From an uncultured Thermoanaerobaculia bacterium (GTDB lineage: Bacteria; Acidobacteriota; Thermoanaerobaculia; Multivoradales; JAGPDF01), in contig CAZQTL010000001.1 in assembly GCA_964595975.1 (NCBI GenBank), positions 3,164 through 67,163 of the forward strand: 64,000 bases of DNA, in the 5' to 3' direction. Made by a program: the position numbers and the translations under genes. Under the pieces are notes generated by a model. That model saw only the letters and a list, made by a program, of their open reading frames with translations, searched no databases and was not told the origin of the DNA. Of the stretch, positions 9,356-17,795 are shown one piece after another. The stretch's first letter is position 1, and every line of letters begins with the position of its first letter.

Positions 9356-10386
9356 GCCGGGAAGATTCGGTCGAGCTCCACCTTCATCCGCGCAATGCGC
9401 ACGGCCGGATCCGGACCCTGCGCCTCACCCGGCGCGGCCGGCGCATCGGATTGGCCCTGGTCGGGGTCTACCTGATCTTCGTCGCCGGCGGCCTTCTGCT
9501 GGCGCCGCGGACGATCTCCAACCAACTGCTGCAGCGCGAATACCGGCTGCGGGTCGCGCGCCGACAGCAGCTCGGTGAACGGCTGCAGGCGTTGGTCGAG
9601 CGTTTTGCGGAGCTCAGCCGGCAAGGCCAGGCGCTGCGCGAGCGGGTGGACCGGATCCGGCGGGTCTACGATCTGGCGCCGTCGGACGAGGGCGCCGCGG
9701 CGAGATTCCCGGCGCGGCCGACCGATCTTCCGCCGACGATCTTCGGCAGCACCATGGCTCAGGGCAACCGCCTGGAGACGGTGCTGCGAGTCGACCTCGA
9801 CCACACCGATCGCGTCCTCGCCCAGATCGAGGCGTTCGAGCGCGAGCAGCAGAGTTGGGTGCGCCAGGTTCCAGCGCGGTCCCCGCTGCGCGGCGAGGAC
9901 ATCGTGCTGACGAGCGCCTTCGGCAGCCGGCGCAGCCCTTACACGCGGGCGATGGAGTTCCACTCCGGCATCGACCTCGCGGCGCCCGCCGGGACGCGTA
10001 TCTTCGCCCCGGCTGCGGGCGTGGTGGCCTGGGCGGGCGCGGTCGAAGCGGACCGGCGAAACGACTGGTGGAGGCTCGGTCAGACCGTCGTCATCGCCAG
10101 CGGCGATACGTTCAGGACGATCTTCGGTCACTGTCAGGAGATTCTCGTGCGGCCGGGGTCGCGGGTCGAGGCGGGGGACCCGATCGCCACGGTCGGCGAC
10201 ACCGGCTGGACGACCGGCCCGCACCTGCACTACGAGATCCGCCGGCGGACGGGGGCGGGCTGGATGGCCGTCGATCCGCGCGACTACCTGCTCGACCGGC
10301 CGCTCGAAGAGCACGACCGTCCGCCGGCGGCGCGCAAGCCGAACAGCCTCGAAGCGCAGCCGCTGCCACCGCAGTTCCTGCGCTGA
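9352..10386 (+). CDS. M23 family metallopeptidase, membrane-anchored
   Basis: GTG start overlapping the previous stop. It has an N-terminal TM segment (IGLALVGVYLIFVAGGLLLA), a coiled-coil segment, and then HSGIDLAAPAGTRIFAPAAGVV and GPHLHYEI (the LytM/M23 zinc site). Confidence 0.85.
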   Translation: MSREDSVELHLHPRNAHGRIRTLRLTRRGRRIGLALVGVYLIFVAGGLLLAPRTISNQLLQREYRLRVARRQQLGERLQALVERFAELSRQGQALRERVDRIRRVYDLAPSDEGAAARFPARPTDLPPTIFGSTMAQGNRLETVLRVDLDHTDRVLAQIEAFEREQQSWVRQVPARSPLRGEDIVLTSAFGSRRSPYTRAMEFHSGIDLAAPAGTRIFAPAAGVVAWAGAVEADRRNDWWRLGQTVVIASGDTFRTIFGHCQEILVRPGSRVEAGDPIATVGDTGWTTGPHLHYEIRRRTGAGWMAVDPRDYLLDRPLEEHDRPPAARKPNSLEAQPLPPQFLR

Positions 10387-10414
10387 ATCGGGGCTCCGGC
10401 AGGAGCCAGACCCG

Positions 10415-10786
10415 TCAGGAGTCCTCGGCGTCCCAGTGGAAACGGTGCATCAGGCGGTGAAGCACCGGCGCGAAGATGATGCCGGCGGTGACCAGGACGG
10501 CCAGTCCGGAGTAGAGGGCGTAGAGTCCGGCGAAGAGCTTGCCGCTGGCGGTATGGGGCATGTCGACCGGACCCATTCCGCCGAGGATCATCGCCGCATT
10601 CAGGAAGGCGTCGATCCAGCCCAGATGCTCGAACCAGGCGTAGCCCGCCATGCCGAGGGCGAGGGACCCGGCGATGAAGCCGAAAGCGACGAAGAAGTGG
10701 ACGAACAGGCGGCGGCGATAGGCCGGGCGCGGCAGCAGCGGCCGGTCTCGGCGTTCGTAGCGGAACATCGCGTCAGCTCGCGCCAT
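10415..10786 (-). CDS. Small 2-TM ion-channel-like membrane protein (pore-loop architecture, non-canonical filter)
   Basis: 123 aa. Layout is TM1 (LFVHFFVAFGFIAGSLALGMAGYAWF), then a pore-helix-like GWIDAFLNAAMILGGMGPVD, then TM2 (GKLFAGLYALYSGLAVLVTAGIIF). This resembles the K-channel pore module, but ILGGMGP stands where T-V-G-Y-G would be. Confidence 0.45.
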   Translation of the reverse strand: MARADAMFRYERRDRPLLPRPAYRRRLFVHFFVAFGFIAGSLALGMAGYAWFEHLGWIDAFLNAAMILGGMGPVDMPHTASGKLFAGLYALYSGLAVLVTAGIIFAPVLHRLMHRFHWDAEDS

Positions 10787-11165
10787 CGCGGACCGGCGAA
10801 CGGAAGAGGGCGCGGCCGAACCAGATCGCGAAGAGGATGTAGACGCAGGTGAGGGCGACCAGCCCGGCCGGACGCTCGCCGCTGGCGACGGCGCGGACGA
10901 AGGCCAGCCCGACGCTGGTGAAGTGGAGGAGGTTCCCGAGCACCACCGGGCGATTGTAGATGCCGCCGACGATCATGTCGCGGACCGACCAGTTCAGCAT
11001 CGCAAAACCGAGATAGAGACCGCCGGCGACCTGCACCAGAAGGACCGCCGGCGAAGAGCCGCCGCAGCCCGCCTGGGCGACGAGCTCCTGCGGCAGGAAC
11101 GTCGCCGTCAGGCCGAGGACGCCGAGGGCGGCCGCGCTGAGGCTCATCATCCATTTCGTCGGCAT
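10773..11165 (-). CDS. Hypothetical 4-TM membrane protein
   Basis: 130 aa and hydrophobic throughout. It overlaps the downstream gene by 14 nt. I recognise no motif. Confidence 0.5.
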   Translation of the reverse strand: MPTKWMMSLSAAALGVLGLTATFLPQELVAQAGCGGSSPAVLLVQVAGGLYLGFAMLNWSVRDMIVGGIYNRPVVLGNLLHFTSVGLAFVRAVASGERPAGLVALTCVYILFAIWFGRALFRSPVRDGAS

Positions 11166-11252
11166 GGGCTCGTTTCGGCTCCAGGTTGAGGGCGGTGATT
11201 CTATCCTCGCAGCCTGCCGGTCCGCGGCGATCGACTTCGGTAGTATCTCGGG

Positions 11253-12302
11253 ATGCGAACCGACGGGGGAATGGATCGAGTTCCGCCGCGGACTCCGGGG
11301 GCCTTGCCCGTCGCCTGGACGGGGCGGTGGGCGGGGCTCCCGTGGAGCGGCGGGCTCTCGCCGGCCCAGATGGCGCCCGGCAGGAGGCGCTGGCGCCCGC
11401 TGCTGGCGTGGCTCGCGCTCCTGCTGGGCGGGCTCTTCCTGGCGGGGCTCGCCGCGCCGTTGATCTACGCGGCGCTTCTCGACCTGTTGCCGGAGGCGCG
11501 CTGGCCGTTTTCGCGCATCTTCAACCGCACGGCGATGGTGATCGCGGCTCTCCTTCTATGGCTCCTGCGCGAGCCGCTCGGCTGGAGTGCGATGCCGGCG
11601 CTCTTCGCCGGCCGGAGTGCCGCGGGCAAGATCGCCGAGGTCGCCGCCGGATTCGCCGCGGCACTCCTCGGAGGCGCCGCGGCCGTCTCCGCCGCCTGGT
11701 CCCTGGGTCTGCTCGGTCCGGCCCTGGCTCCCTACTCCTTCTTCGCCGGTCGCACGGCGAGCGCGTTCATCGGAGCGTTCGTCGTCGGCGGCATCGAAGA
11801 GACCACGTTTCGCGGGTTGATGCTCGTTTCGCTCGCCGCGACGGTCGGCTTTCCCGCCGCGGTGGTCGCGAGCTCCGGTGCCTATTCGCTGGTGCACCTG
11901 CTGGCTTCCGATCCGGCCCTCGGGCGGGAAGGATTCTCCATCGTCGCCGGCATCTCCTATCTCGTGCATGCCGTCGGCCGGCAGATCGAACCGGCTTCGC
12001 TGCGACCGCTGTTCGGCATCTTCCTCTGCGGCGTGGTCGCCGCGCTCGTCGTCCGGCGCCGCGGGACGCTCTATCTCGCGATCGGATTGCATGCCGGGTG
12101 GGCGTTCGCTTTTCAGGTCCTGCGCCATGCCACCCGCCCGCTGGTGGAGATTCCGGGGCACTCGTACCTCGCCACCCACCACTTTCTCGTCGGCACTTTC
12201 TGGGCCTGGGGAGGGGTGGTCGTCGGCGGGATCGCTGCCCTCGCCATGGCCTCCCTGATCGGGCCGGCGCGATCCGGCAGACCTTCACCGGCCTCGCCCT
12301 AG
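11253..12302 (+). CDS. CPBP family intramembrane glutamic endopeptidase (CAAX protease-like)
   Basis: Polytopic membrane protein with GGIEETTFRGLM (the EExxxR motif) and later His-containing helices (LVHLL, GLHAGWAFAF). The start is uncertain, as downstream Met codons at MDRV... or MAPG... are possible. Confidence 0.7.
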   Translation: MRTDGGMDRVPPRTPGALPVAWTGRWAGLPWSGGLSPAQMAPGRRRWRPLLAWLALLLGGLFLAGLAAPLIYAALLDLLPEARWPFSRIFNRTAMVIAALLLWLLREPLGWSAMPALFAGRSAAGKIAEVAAGFAAALLGGAAAVSAAWSLGLLGPALAPYSFFAGRTASAFIGAFVVGGIEETTFRGLMLVSLAATVGFPAAVVASSGAYSLVHLLASDPALGREGFSIVAGISYLVHAVGRQIEPASLRPLFGIFLCGVVAALVVRRRGTLYLAIGLHAGWAFAFQVLRHATRPLVEIPGHSYLATHHFLVGTFWAWGGVVVGGIAALAMASLIGPARSGRPSPASP

Positions 12303-13471
12303 CGCGGCCGGATGACGACCTTGAGCGCCCGCCGATCCTGCATGGCGCGCAGCGCCGCCTCGACCCGCGGCAGCTCCTCTTCCCGGGAGAGGAGGAGCCG
12401 GTAGTCCGAGCGTCCGGCCGCGAGGCGCGCGAGCGCGGCGCGGAAGCTGCGCGGCGTGTGATGGTAGCTGCCGAGCAACGCGAGCTCGTCGTAGTGGATG
12501 GGAAACGTGGACACTTCGATGCGATCCGCCGGAGCGCAGCCGCCGAAGAAGAGCGTCGTGCCGCCCGGAAGCGTCGCAGCGAGGGCGGTCGCCCAGCCGG
12601 TGACCGTGCCGGTAGCGTCGATCGCGACGTCGAACGCGCGATCGATCGACGAGTATTCATCGCTCCACGAGCGCTCGATGTGGATCGTCTCCTCCGCGCC
12701 CAGCTGGCGGGCGACTTCGAGGCGCAAGGCATGGGGATCGGCGACCGTCACGCGGTGCCCCTGCTCCTTCAGGACGGCGACGAAGAGCAGTCCGAGCGGT
12801 CCGGCGCCCTGCACGAGAATCTCGTGCCGTTCGGCTCCGGGGTCCGGGGTGCCCCCTCCGGACGCCGCCGTGCTCAGCCCGAGTCGGTCGAGGCCGTGCT
12901 CGACGCAGGCGAGCGGCTCGGCGAGCGCCGCGATCTCCGGTGCGAGACCGGCAGGCCGCGGATAGGTCGAGCGCTCGACGAACGGCGCCGGAACGAGCAG
13001 ATAGTCGGCATAGGCGCCGTTCAGGTAGCAGAGCCCGGGGCAGAGGTTCTCGCGGCCGCGCCGGCAGGCCGGACAGTGCCCGCAGGAGGCCGAATTCGCG
13101 ACGACGACGCCGTCGCCCTCGCGAAAGCGCAGCTTGCCGGCGGCCAAGCCAGCCCCGACGGCGACGACGCGTCCGGTCATCTCGTGACCGAACGGTCCCG
13201 GCACCCGGAGCATGCGCGGGTGTCCGCCGCGGCGGAAGACCTTGAGGTCGGTGCCGCAGGTCGTCGCCGCTTCGATCGCCACCAGGAGCTCGCCGGGCCC
13301 CGGTCGCGCGACCTCCACCTCGCGCAGCGCCAGCTCCTCGGGTCCGAGCAGGAAGATCGCGCGTCCATGGCGCGGCAAATCGACGGTGGCACCCCGGGTC
13401 CCGTGCGCGACCGCGGACGCTGCGGGAGCAGGCTCGAGGCCCGCGAGCCCGGGCGGGCGGGGCATGGTCAT
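12299..13471 (-). CDS. Zinc-dependent alcohol dehydrogenase family protein (MDR superfamily)
   Basis: Start set at MTMPRP (13471), which overlaps the upstream stop (ATGA). Motifs CGTDLKVF, GHEMTGRVV and a structural-Zn cluster CGHCPACRRGRENLC are present. The track ORF extends to 13588 into the upstream gene. Confidence 0.8.
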   Translation of the reverse strand: MTMPRPPGLAGLEPAPAASAVAHGTRGATVDLPRHGRAIFLLGPEELALREVEVARPGPGELLVAIEAATTCGTDLKVFRRGGHPRMLRVPGPFGHEMTGRVVAVGAGLAAGKLRFREGDGVVVANSASCGHCPACRRGRENLCPGLCYLNGAYADYLLVPAPFVERSTYPRPAGLAPEIAALAEPLACVEHGLDRLGLSTAASGGGTPDPGAERHEILVQGAGPLGLLFVAVLKEQGHRVTVADPHALRLEVARQLGAEETIHIERSWSDEYSSIDRAFDVAIDATGTVTGWATALAATLPGGTTLFFGGCAPADRIEVSTFPIHYDELALLGSYHHTPRSFRAALARLAAGRSDYRLLLSREEELPRVEAALRAMQDRRALKVVIRPR

Positions 13472-14535
13472 GGGTGGAAGGCTACCTTGAGCGCCCGCTG
13501 CTCGCGCGCCAGAGCCAGGCCGGTGGCGAAGTCGGCGAGCGGCAACCGATGGCTCACCAGTCGCGCTGGTTGGAGCCTTTCCTCGCACAGGAGCCGCCAG
13601 ATCGCCGCCTGTTCGGCGAGGCCGCCGGAGTAGGCGCCGACCAGACGCTTCTCGTACTTGAAGAGGTCGTTGAGAGGGAAGCCGGCCGCCTCGCCGGCGC
13701 GTCCGTGCGCGAAGAGGACCGCCGTCCCTCCGGGCCGCAGGGCCGCGAGCGCTGCGGCGGTGAGGGCGCTGCCGCCGACGCAGTCGAAGACGGCATCGGC
13801 GCCGCGCCCGTCCGGACTGGCCGCGCGCGCTGCGGCCAGGAGTCCGTCGCCGGGAGCGGTCGCCTCGTCCGCGCCGAGCTCGAGTGCAAGGCGCCGGCGG
13901 TCCTCGCGGGGATCGACGACGACGATGCGGACGACGGCGTCGAGGGCCCGCAGGACGAGGAGGTGGAGCAGCCCCATGCTGCCGCCACCGAGGATGGCTG
14001 CTACCCGTCGCTCCGGCTCGCGGCCTCCGGTTACCGCCTGCGGCGACGTCGTCTGGAGCACTGCGCTCTTGCCCACGCTGCGCAGGACGCAGGCGGCCGG
14101 TTCGAGGAAGAGGGCATCGAGATCACCGAGGCTGTCGGGAAGCCGGCGCGCCGTCGTGGCGAGGGCGCGCGCCCGGACGACCATCCGCTCGGCGAACCCG
14201 CCGGGAACGAGGAGGTTCTCGCGAAAGGCCGCACACTGGGTTTCGGCGCCGCTCCGGCAGTCGAAGCAACTGCCGCACGCCGCATGGTGCGGCACGACCA
14301 GGCGATCGCCGGCGGCAAAGGCGTCGACCTCCGCTCCGGTCGCGACGACCTCGCCGACGACTTCGTGGCCCAGTACCGTCCCGGGGGCCGCGCCGCCGGT
14401 CGCCAGCTTGAACAGATCGGTGCCGCACAGGCCGCTCCACCGCAGCTGCAGGACCAGCTCTCCTGGTCCCGGTTGCGGGTCGGCCAGCGACCCCCATCGC
14501 GGCTCGCCGCGGTCGTCGATCGTGACGGCGCGCAT
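13468..14535 (-). CDS. Zinc-dependent alcohol dehydrogenase family protein (MDR superfamily)
   Basis: 355 aa. Motifs GLCGTDLFK, GHEVVGEVV, CGSCFDCRSGAETQC and a Rossmann loop ILGGGSMG are present. Confidence 0.8.
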   Translation of the reverse strand: MRAVTIDDRGEPRWGSLADPQPGPGELVLQLRWSGLCGTDLFKLATGGAAPGTVLGHEVVGEVVATGAEVDAFAAGDRLVVPHHAACGSCFDCRSGAETQCAAFRENLLVPGGFAERMVVRARALATTARRLPDSLGDLDALFLEPAACVLRSVGKSAVLQTTSPQAVTGGREPERRVAAILGGGSMGLLHLLVLRALDAVVRIVVVDPREDRRRLALELGADEATAPGDGLLAAARAASPDGRGADAVFDCVGGSALTAAALAALRPGGTAVLFAHGRAGEAAGFPLNDLFKYEKRLVGAYSGGLAEQAAIWRLLCEERLQPARLVSHRLPLADFATGLALAREQRALKVAFHP

Positions 14536-14556
14536 CGCGGGGTATCATTCCACCAG

Positions 14557-15321
14557 ATGGAACGCCGTATCCACCGTCGGCTCGCCCGGCGCATCGAGCT
14601 GCGCTTCTGGCGCCCCGGTGAAGCGCAGGGGCACACGGCGTACACGACCAATATTTCGCAGAGCGGGCTCTTCCTGAACACCTCGATCTCCCTCATGCCC
14701 GGCGAGCGCCTGCGGCTCGAGGTCGTCGATCGCGAACACGGCTTCATCGCCGAAGGACGGGTCGCGAGAGTGCACCGCGTGGCCCTTGCCCTGCGCCAGG
14801 TCGAGCAGCAGGGCGTCGGCGTGCGCTTTCTCCTTCCGGAGGAGCTCGTCGAGGCTCTCGTGCCGCACGCTCGTCAGTCCGGGCCGGCGACCCAGGGCAC
14901 CAGACCGGCCGCCCCGGAGGAGCCCGCCGGCTCCGGCGGCGCGGGCGCGGCCGGAGCGCAGGACGACCCGGGCTCTGAGGACGGGGCTTCGCCCGAGCTC
15001 GACCGCGACAACGTCGTACCGGTCCATTTTCCGGATCCGTCGAGCTTTCTCTCGACCTACCACCGGGACATCAGCGCCGGCGGCCTCTTCGTTTCGACCC
15101 CACACCCGCTGGAGCTGCACGCGGCGGTCTGGATCGAGATGCAGCTGCCGATCCCGGGCGAGAGGCCACGACTCTTCGCCGCCCGGGTGGTGCAGCGCTT
15201 CGAGCCCCAGGCGGCGGTCGGCACCGGGAGGAATTTCCTGTCGGGAATGGCGGTTCAGTTCGTGGAGCCGGAGATGGTCCTGGCCGAGCTCAAACCGCTG
15301 CTGGCGGTGCTGAGGAGATAA
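14557..15321 (+). CDS. Tandem PilZ-domain protein (putative c-di-GMP effector)
   Basis: The ATG at 14557 gives MERRIHRRLARR...TTNISQSGLFL, which has the RxxxR and [DN]xSxxG motifs. A second PilZ-like half follows (HRDISAGGLFV). The two halves are joined by a Gly/Ala/Pro-rich linker. Confidence 0.7.
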   Translation: MERRIHRRLARRIELRFWRPGEAQGHTAYTTNISQSGLFLNTSISLMPGERLRLEVVDREHGFIAEGRVARVHRVALALRQVEQQGVGVRFLLPEELVEALVPHARQSGPATQGTRPAAPEEPAGSGGAGAAGAQDDPGSEDGASPELDRDNVVPVHFPDPSSFLSTYHRDISAGGLFVSTPHPLELHAAVWIEMQLPIPGERPRLFAARVVQRFEPQAAVGTGRNFLSGMAVQFVEPEMVLAELKPLLAVLRR

Positions 15322-15373
15322 ACTGCTTTGTCGCGGCGGTCCCATCGACCCCCGATCTACCAGGAGAATTCGC

Positions 15374-15811
15374 ATGCCTTATAGCCCGCTGTTGGTCCGA
15401 CCGATGCGCGAAGAGCTCACGAGCGCCGGTTTCTCCGAGCTGACGACCCCCGAGCAGGTCGACCGCCTGCTCGACGAGAAGCAGGGGACGACCCTGGTGG
15501 TGGTCAACTCCGTCTGCGGTTGCGCCGCCGGCGGCGCCCGCCCGGGAGCCCGGCTGGCCATCCAGGAGTCGCCGCGCCCCGATCGCCTGGCCACGGTCTT
15601 TGCCGGGCAGGATCTGGAAGCCACCGCCCGGGTGCGGGCGCGTTTCGGGCAGATCCCGCCGTCGTCGCCGTCCATGGGTCTGTTCAAGGACGGCGAGCTG
15701 GTCTGGTTCCTGCCGCGCCACCGGATCGAAGGGCGCGACGCCCTGGCGGTCGCGGCCGACCTGCGGGCGGCCTTCGCGGAACACTGCGCGTCCGTTCCGG
15801 TCGCCGGCTGA
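15374..15811 (+). CDS. BrxA/BrxB-type bacilliredoxin (YphP/YqiW, DUF1094 family)
   Basis: 145 aa. It begins MPYSPLLVRPMREELT..GF.EL.TPE.VD, and the redox motif VNSVCGCAAG is at the family position. Confidence 0.75.
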   Translation: MPYSPLLVRPMREELTSAGFSELTTPEQVDRLLDEKQGTTLVVVNSVCGCAAGGARPGARLAIQESPRPDRLATVFAGQDLEATARVRARFGQIPPSSPSMGLFKDGELVWFLPRHRIEGRDALAVAADLRAAFAEHCASVPVAG

Positions 15812-15849
15812 ACGCCCGCCCGGGGCGAGTGGAAACCTGCCGAGCGATC

Positions 15850-16131
15850 ATGGGGACGTTCCATCACGACAAGCACGAGCTGCACGGCATCACCGTCATC
15901 GTCGAGACCCACGGACCCGAGCTGTACATCGGGCGCTGCGACGACATCGTCGCCCAGGGGGTCATCCTGCGTGACGCCGACGTGCACCGCGAGGGAGATC
16001 CCGCCACGGCCGGCCCGAGCCGTGCCGAGTTTCTCGACCATGCCCGGCGCTTCGGCGCCTGGCCGAATCTGAAGCGCATCCTGGTTCCCGCCGAGAGCGT
16101 GCGCGAGATCCGCCGTCTGGGCGGCAGCTGA
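15850..16131 (+). CDS. Hypothetical small protein
   Basis: 93 aa starting from the ATG at 15850 (MGTFHHDKHELHGITVIVETHGPELYIGRCDD...). Its composition looks coding, but I recognise no motif. Confidence 0.45.
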   Translation: MGTFHHDKHELHGITVIVETHGPELYIGRCDDIVAQGVILRDADVHREGDPATAGPSRAEFLDHARRFGAWPNLKRILVPAESVREIRRLGGS

Positions 16132-16156
16132 GAGAACTTCGACAGGAGTCCATTTC

Positions 16157-17785
16157 ATGAACGGAATCGTCCGCGTCCCGGCTCCGGTCAACGAGCCGGT
16201 CCAGTCCTACGCCCCGGGCTCTCCCGAAAGGGCGTCTCTCAAGCGCCGCCTGGCCGAGATGGTGAACGAGCAGATCGAGGTCCCACTCGTCATCGGCGGT
16301 CAGGCCGTGCGCACCGGCAAGACCGGACGCAGCGTCTCGCCGCACGACCACGCGCGGACGCTCGCCGTCTATCACCAGGCCGGACGCAAGGAGATCGAGC
16401 AGGCGATCGCCGCCGCCACCGAGGCCTGGCGCGAATGGTCCGAGACGCCTTGGGAGGCGCGGGCGGCGGTTCTGCTGAAGGCGGCCGACCTGCTCGCCGG
16501 CCCCTGGCGCGACACCGTGAACGCCGCGACCATGCTCGGCCAGTCGAAGACGGTCTTCCAGGCGGAGATCGACTCCGCCTGCGAGCTCATCGACTTCTGG
16601 CGCTTCAACGCCCACTACGCGCAGGAGATCTACGCCCAGCAGCCGGTGTCGTCGCGCGGCGTCTGGAACATGGTGGACTTCCGCCCGCTCGAAGGCTTCG
16701 TCTTCGCGGTGACGCCGTTCAACTTCACCGCCATCGGCGGCAACCTGTCGACCTCGCCGGCCCTCATGGGCAATACCGTCCTGTGGAAGCCCGCGTCGAC
16801 CTCGATCCTGTCGAATCACTACATCATGCAGATCCTGATCGAGGCCGGGATGCCGCCCGGCGTGGTGAACTTCGTCCCCGGGCGCGGTGCCGACGTCGGC
16901 GATCCGGTTTTCGCCAGCGCCGCCTTCGCCGGCCTGCACTTCACCGGCTCTACCGAGACCTTCCACGGCATGTGGAACACGATTGCGACGAACCTGCCGC
17001 ACTACAAATCGTACCCGCGGATCGTCGGCGAGACCGGCGGCAAGGACTTCGTCTTCGCGCATGCATCGGCCGACGTCGACGCCCTCGCCGTCGCGCTGGT
17101 GCGCGGCGCGTTCGAGTACCAGGGGCAGAAGTGCTCGGCGGCTTCGCGCGGCTATGTTCCGAAGTCGCTCTGGCCGGCGGTCAAGGAGCGCGTGGTAGCC
17201 GAGGTCGAGGCGATCCGCATGGGCTCTCCGCTCGACTTCCGCAACTTCATGGCGGCAGTCATCGACGAGAGCTCGTACGACAAGACGATGGGCTACATCG
17301 ACTTCGCCCGGCGCTCGAACGAGGCGCAAATCGTCGTCGGCGGCAGCGGCGACAAGGCGACCGGCTATTTCGTCGAGCCGACCGTCGTGCTGACCTCGAA
17401 TCCGCACTTCAAGCTCATGGAGGAGGAGATTTTCGCTCCGGTGCTCACGCTCTTCGTCTACGACGATCGCGATTTCGAGGCGACGCTCGCGCTGTGCGAC
17501 ACCACCAGCCCCTACGCTCTCACCGGCGCGATCTTCGCCCGTGACCGGGCGGTGATCCAGCGCATGGCGACCGCCCTGCGCCACGCTGCCGGCAACTTCT
17601 ACATCAACGACAAGCCGACCGGCGCCGTCGTGGGACAGCAGCCGTTCGGCGGCGCGCGGGCTTCGGGGACCAACGACAAGGCCGGCGCGGCGGCCAACCT
17701 GACGCGCTGGACTTCGATGCGGACGATGAAGGAGACCTTCGTGTCGCCGCGCGAAGTCGCCTACCCGCACATGGCGGAGGAGTAG
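16157..17785 (+). CDS. pruA: L-glutamate gamma-semialdehyde (1-pyrroline-5-carboxylate) dehydrogenase
   Basis: 542 aa. Aldehyde dehydrogenase motifs VGETGGKDF and GQKCSAASR are present, along with the long-form PruA N-terminus (VPAPVNEPVQSYAPGSPER). Confidence 0.85.
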   Translation: MNGIVRVPAPVNEPVQSYAPGSPERASLKRRLAEMVNEQIEVPLVIGGQAVRTGKTGRSVSPHDHARTLAVYHQAGRKEIEQAIAAATEAWREWSETPWEARAAVLLKAADLLAGPWRDTVNAATMLGQSKTVFQAEIDSACELIDFWRFNAHYAQEIYAQQPVSSRGVWNMVDFRPLEGFVFAVTPFNFTAIGGNLSTSPALMGNTVLWKPASTSILSNHYIMQILIEAGMPPGVVNFVPGRGADVGDPVFASAAFAGLHFTGSTETFHGMWNTIATNLPHYKSYPRIVGETGGKDFVFAHASADVDALAVALVRGAFEYQGQKCSAASRGYVPKSLWPAVKERVVAEVEAIRMGSPLDFRNFMAAVIDESSYDKTMGYIDFARRSNEAQIVVGGSGDKATGYFVEPTVVLTSNPHFKLMEEEIFAPVLTLFVYDDRDFEATLALCDTTSPYALTGAIFARDRAVIQRMATALRHAAGNFYINDKPTGAVVGQQPFGGARASGTNDKAGAAANLTRWTSMRTMKETFVSPREVAYPHMAEE

Positions 17786-17795
17786 AACCGGGCGG

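Noticed and set aside
11186-13633. An 815-aa plus-strand ORF spanning the CPBP protease and the antisense of an alcohol dehydrogenase.
   Set aside because: It is in a different frame from the clearly membrane-like CPBP reading frame (11253-12302) and antisense to a motif-rich ADH. Its composition is Arg/Gly/Ala-rich and artefactual.
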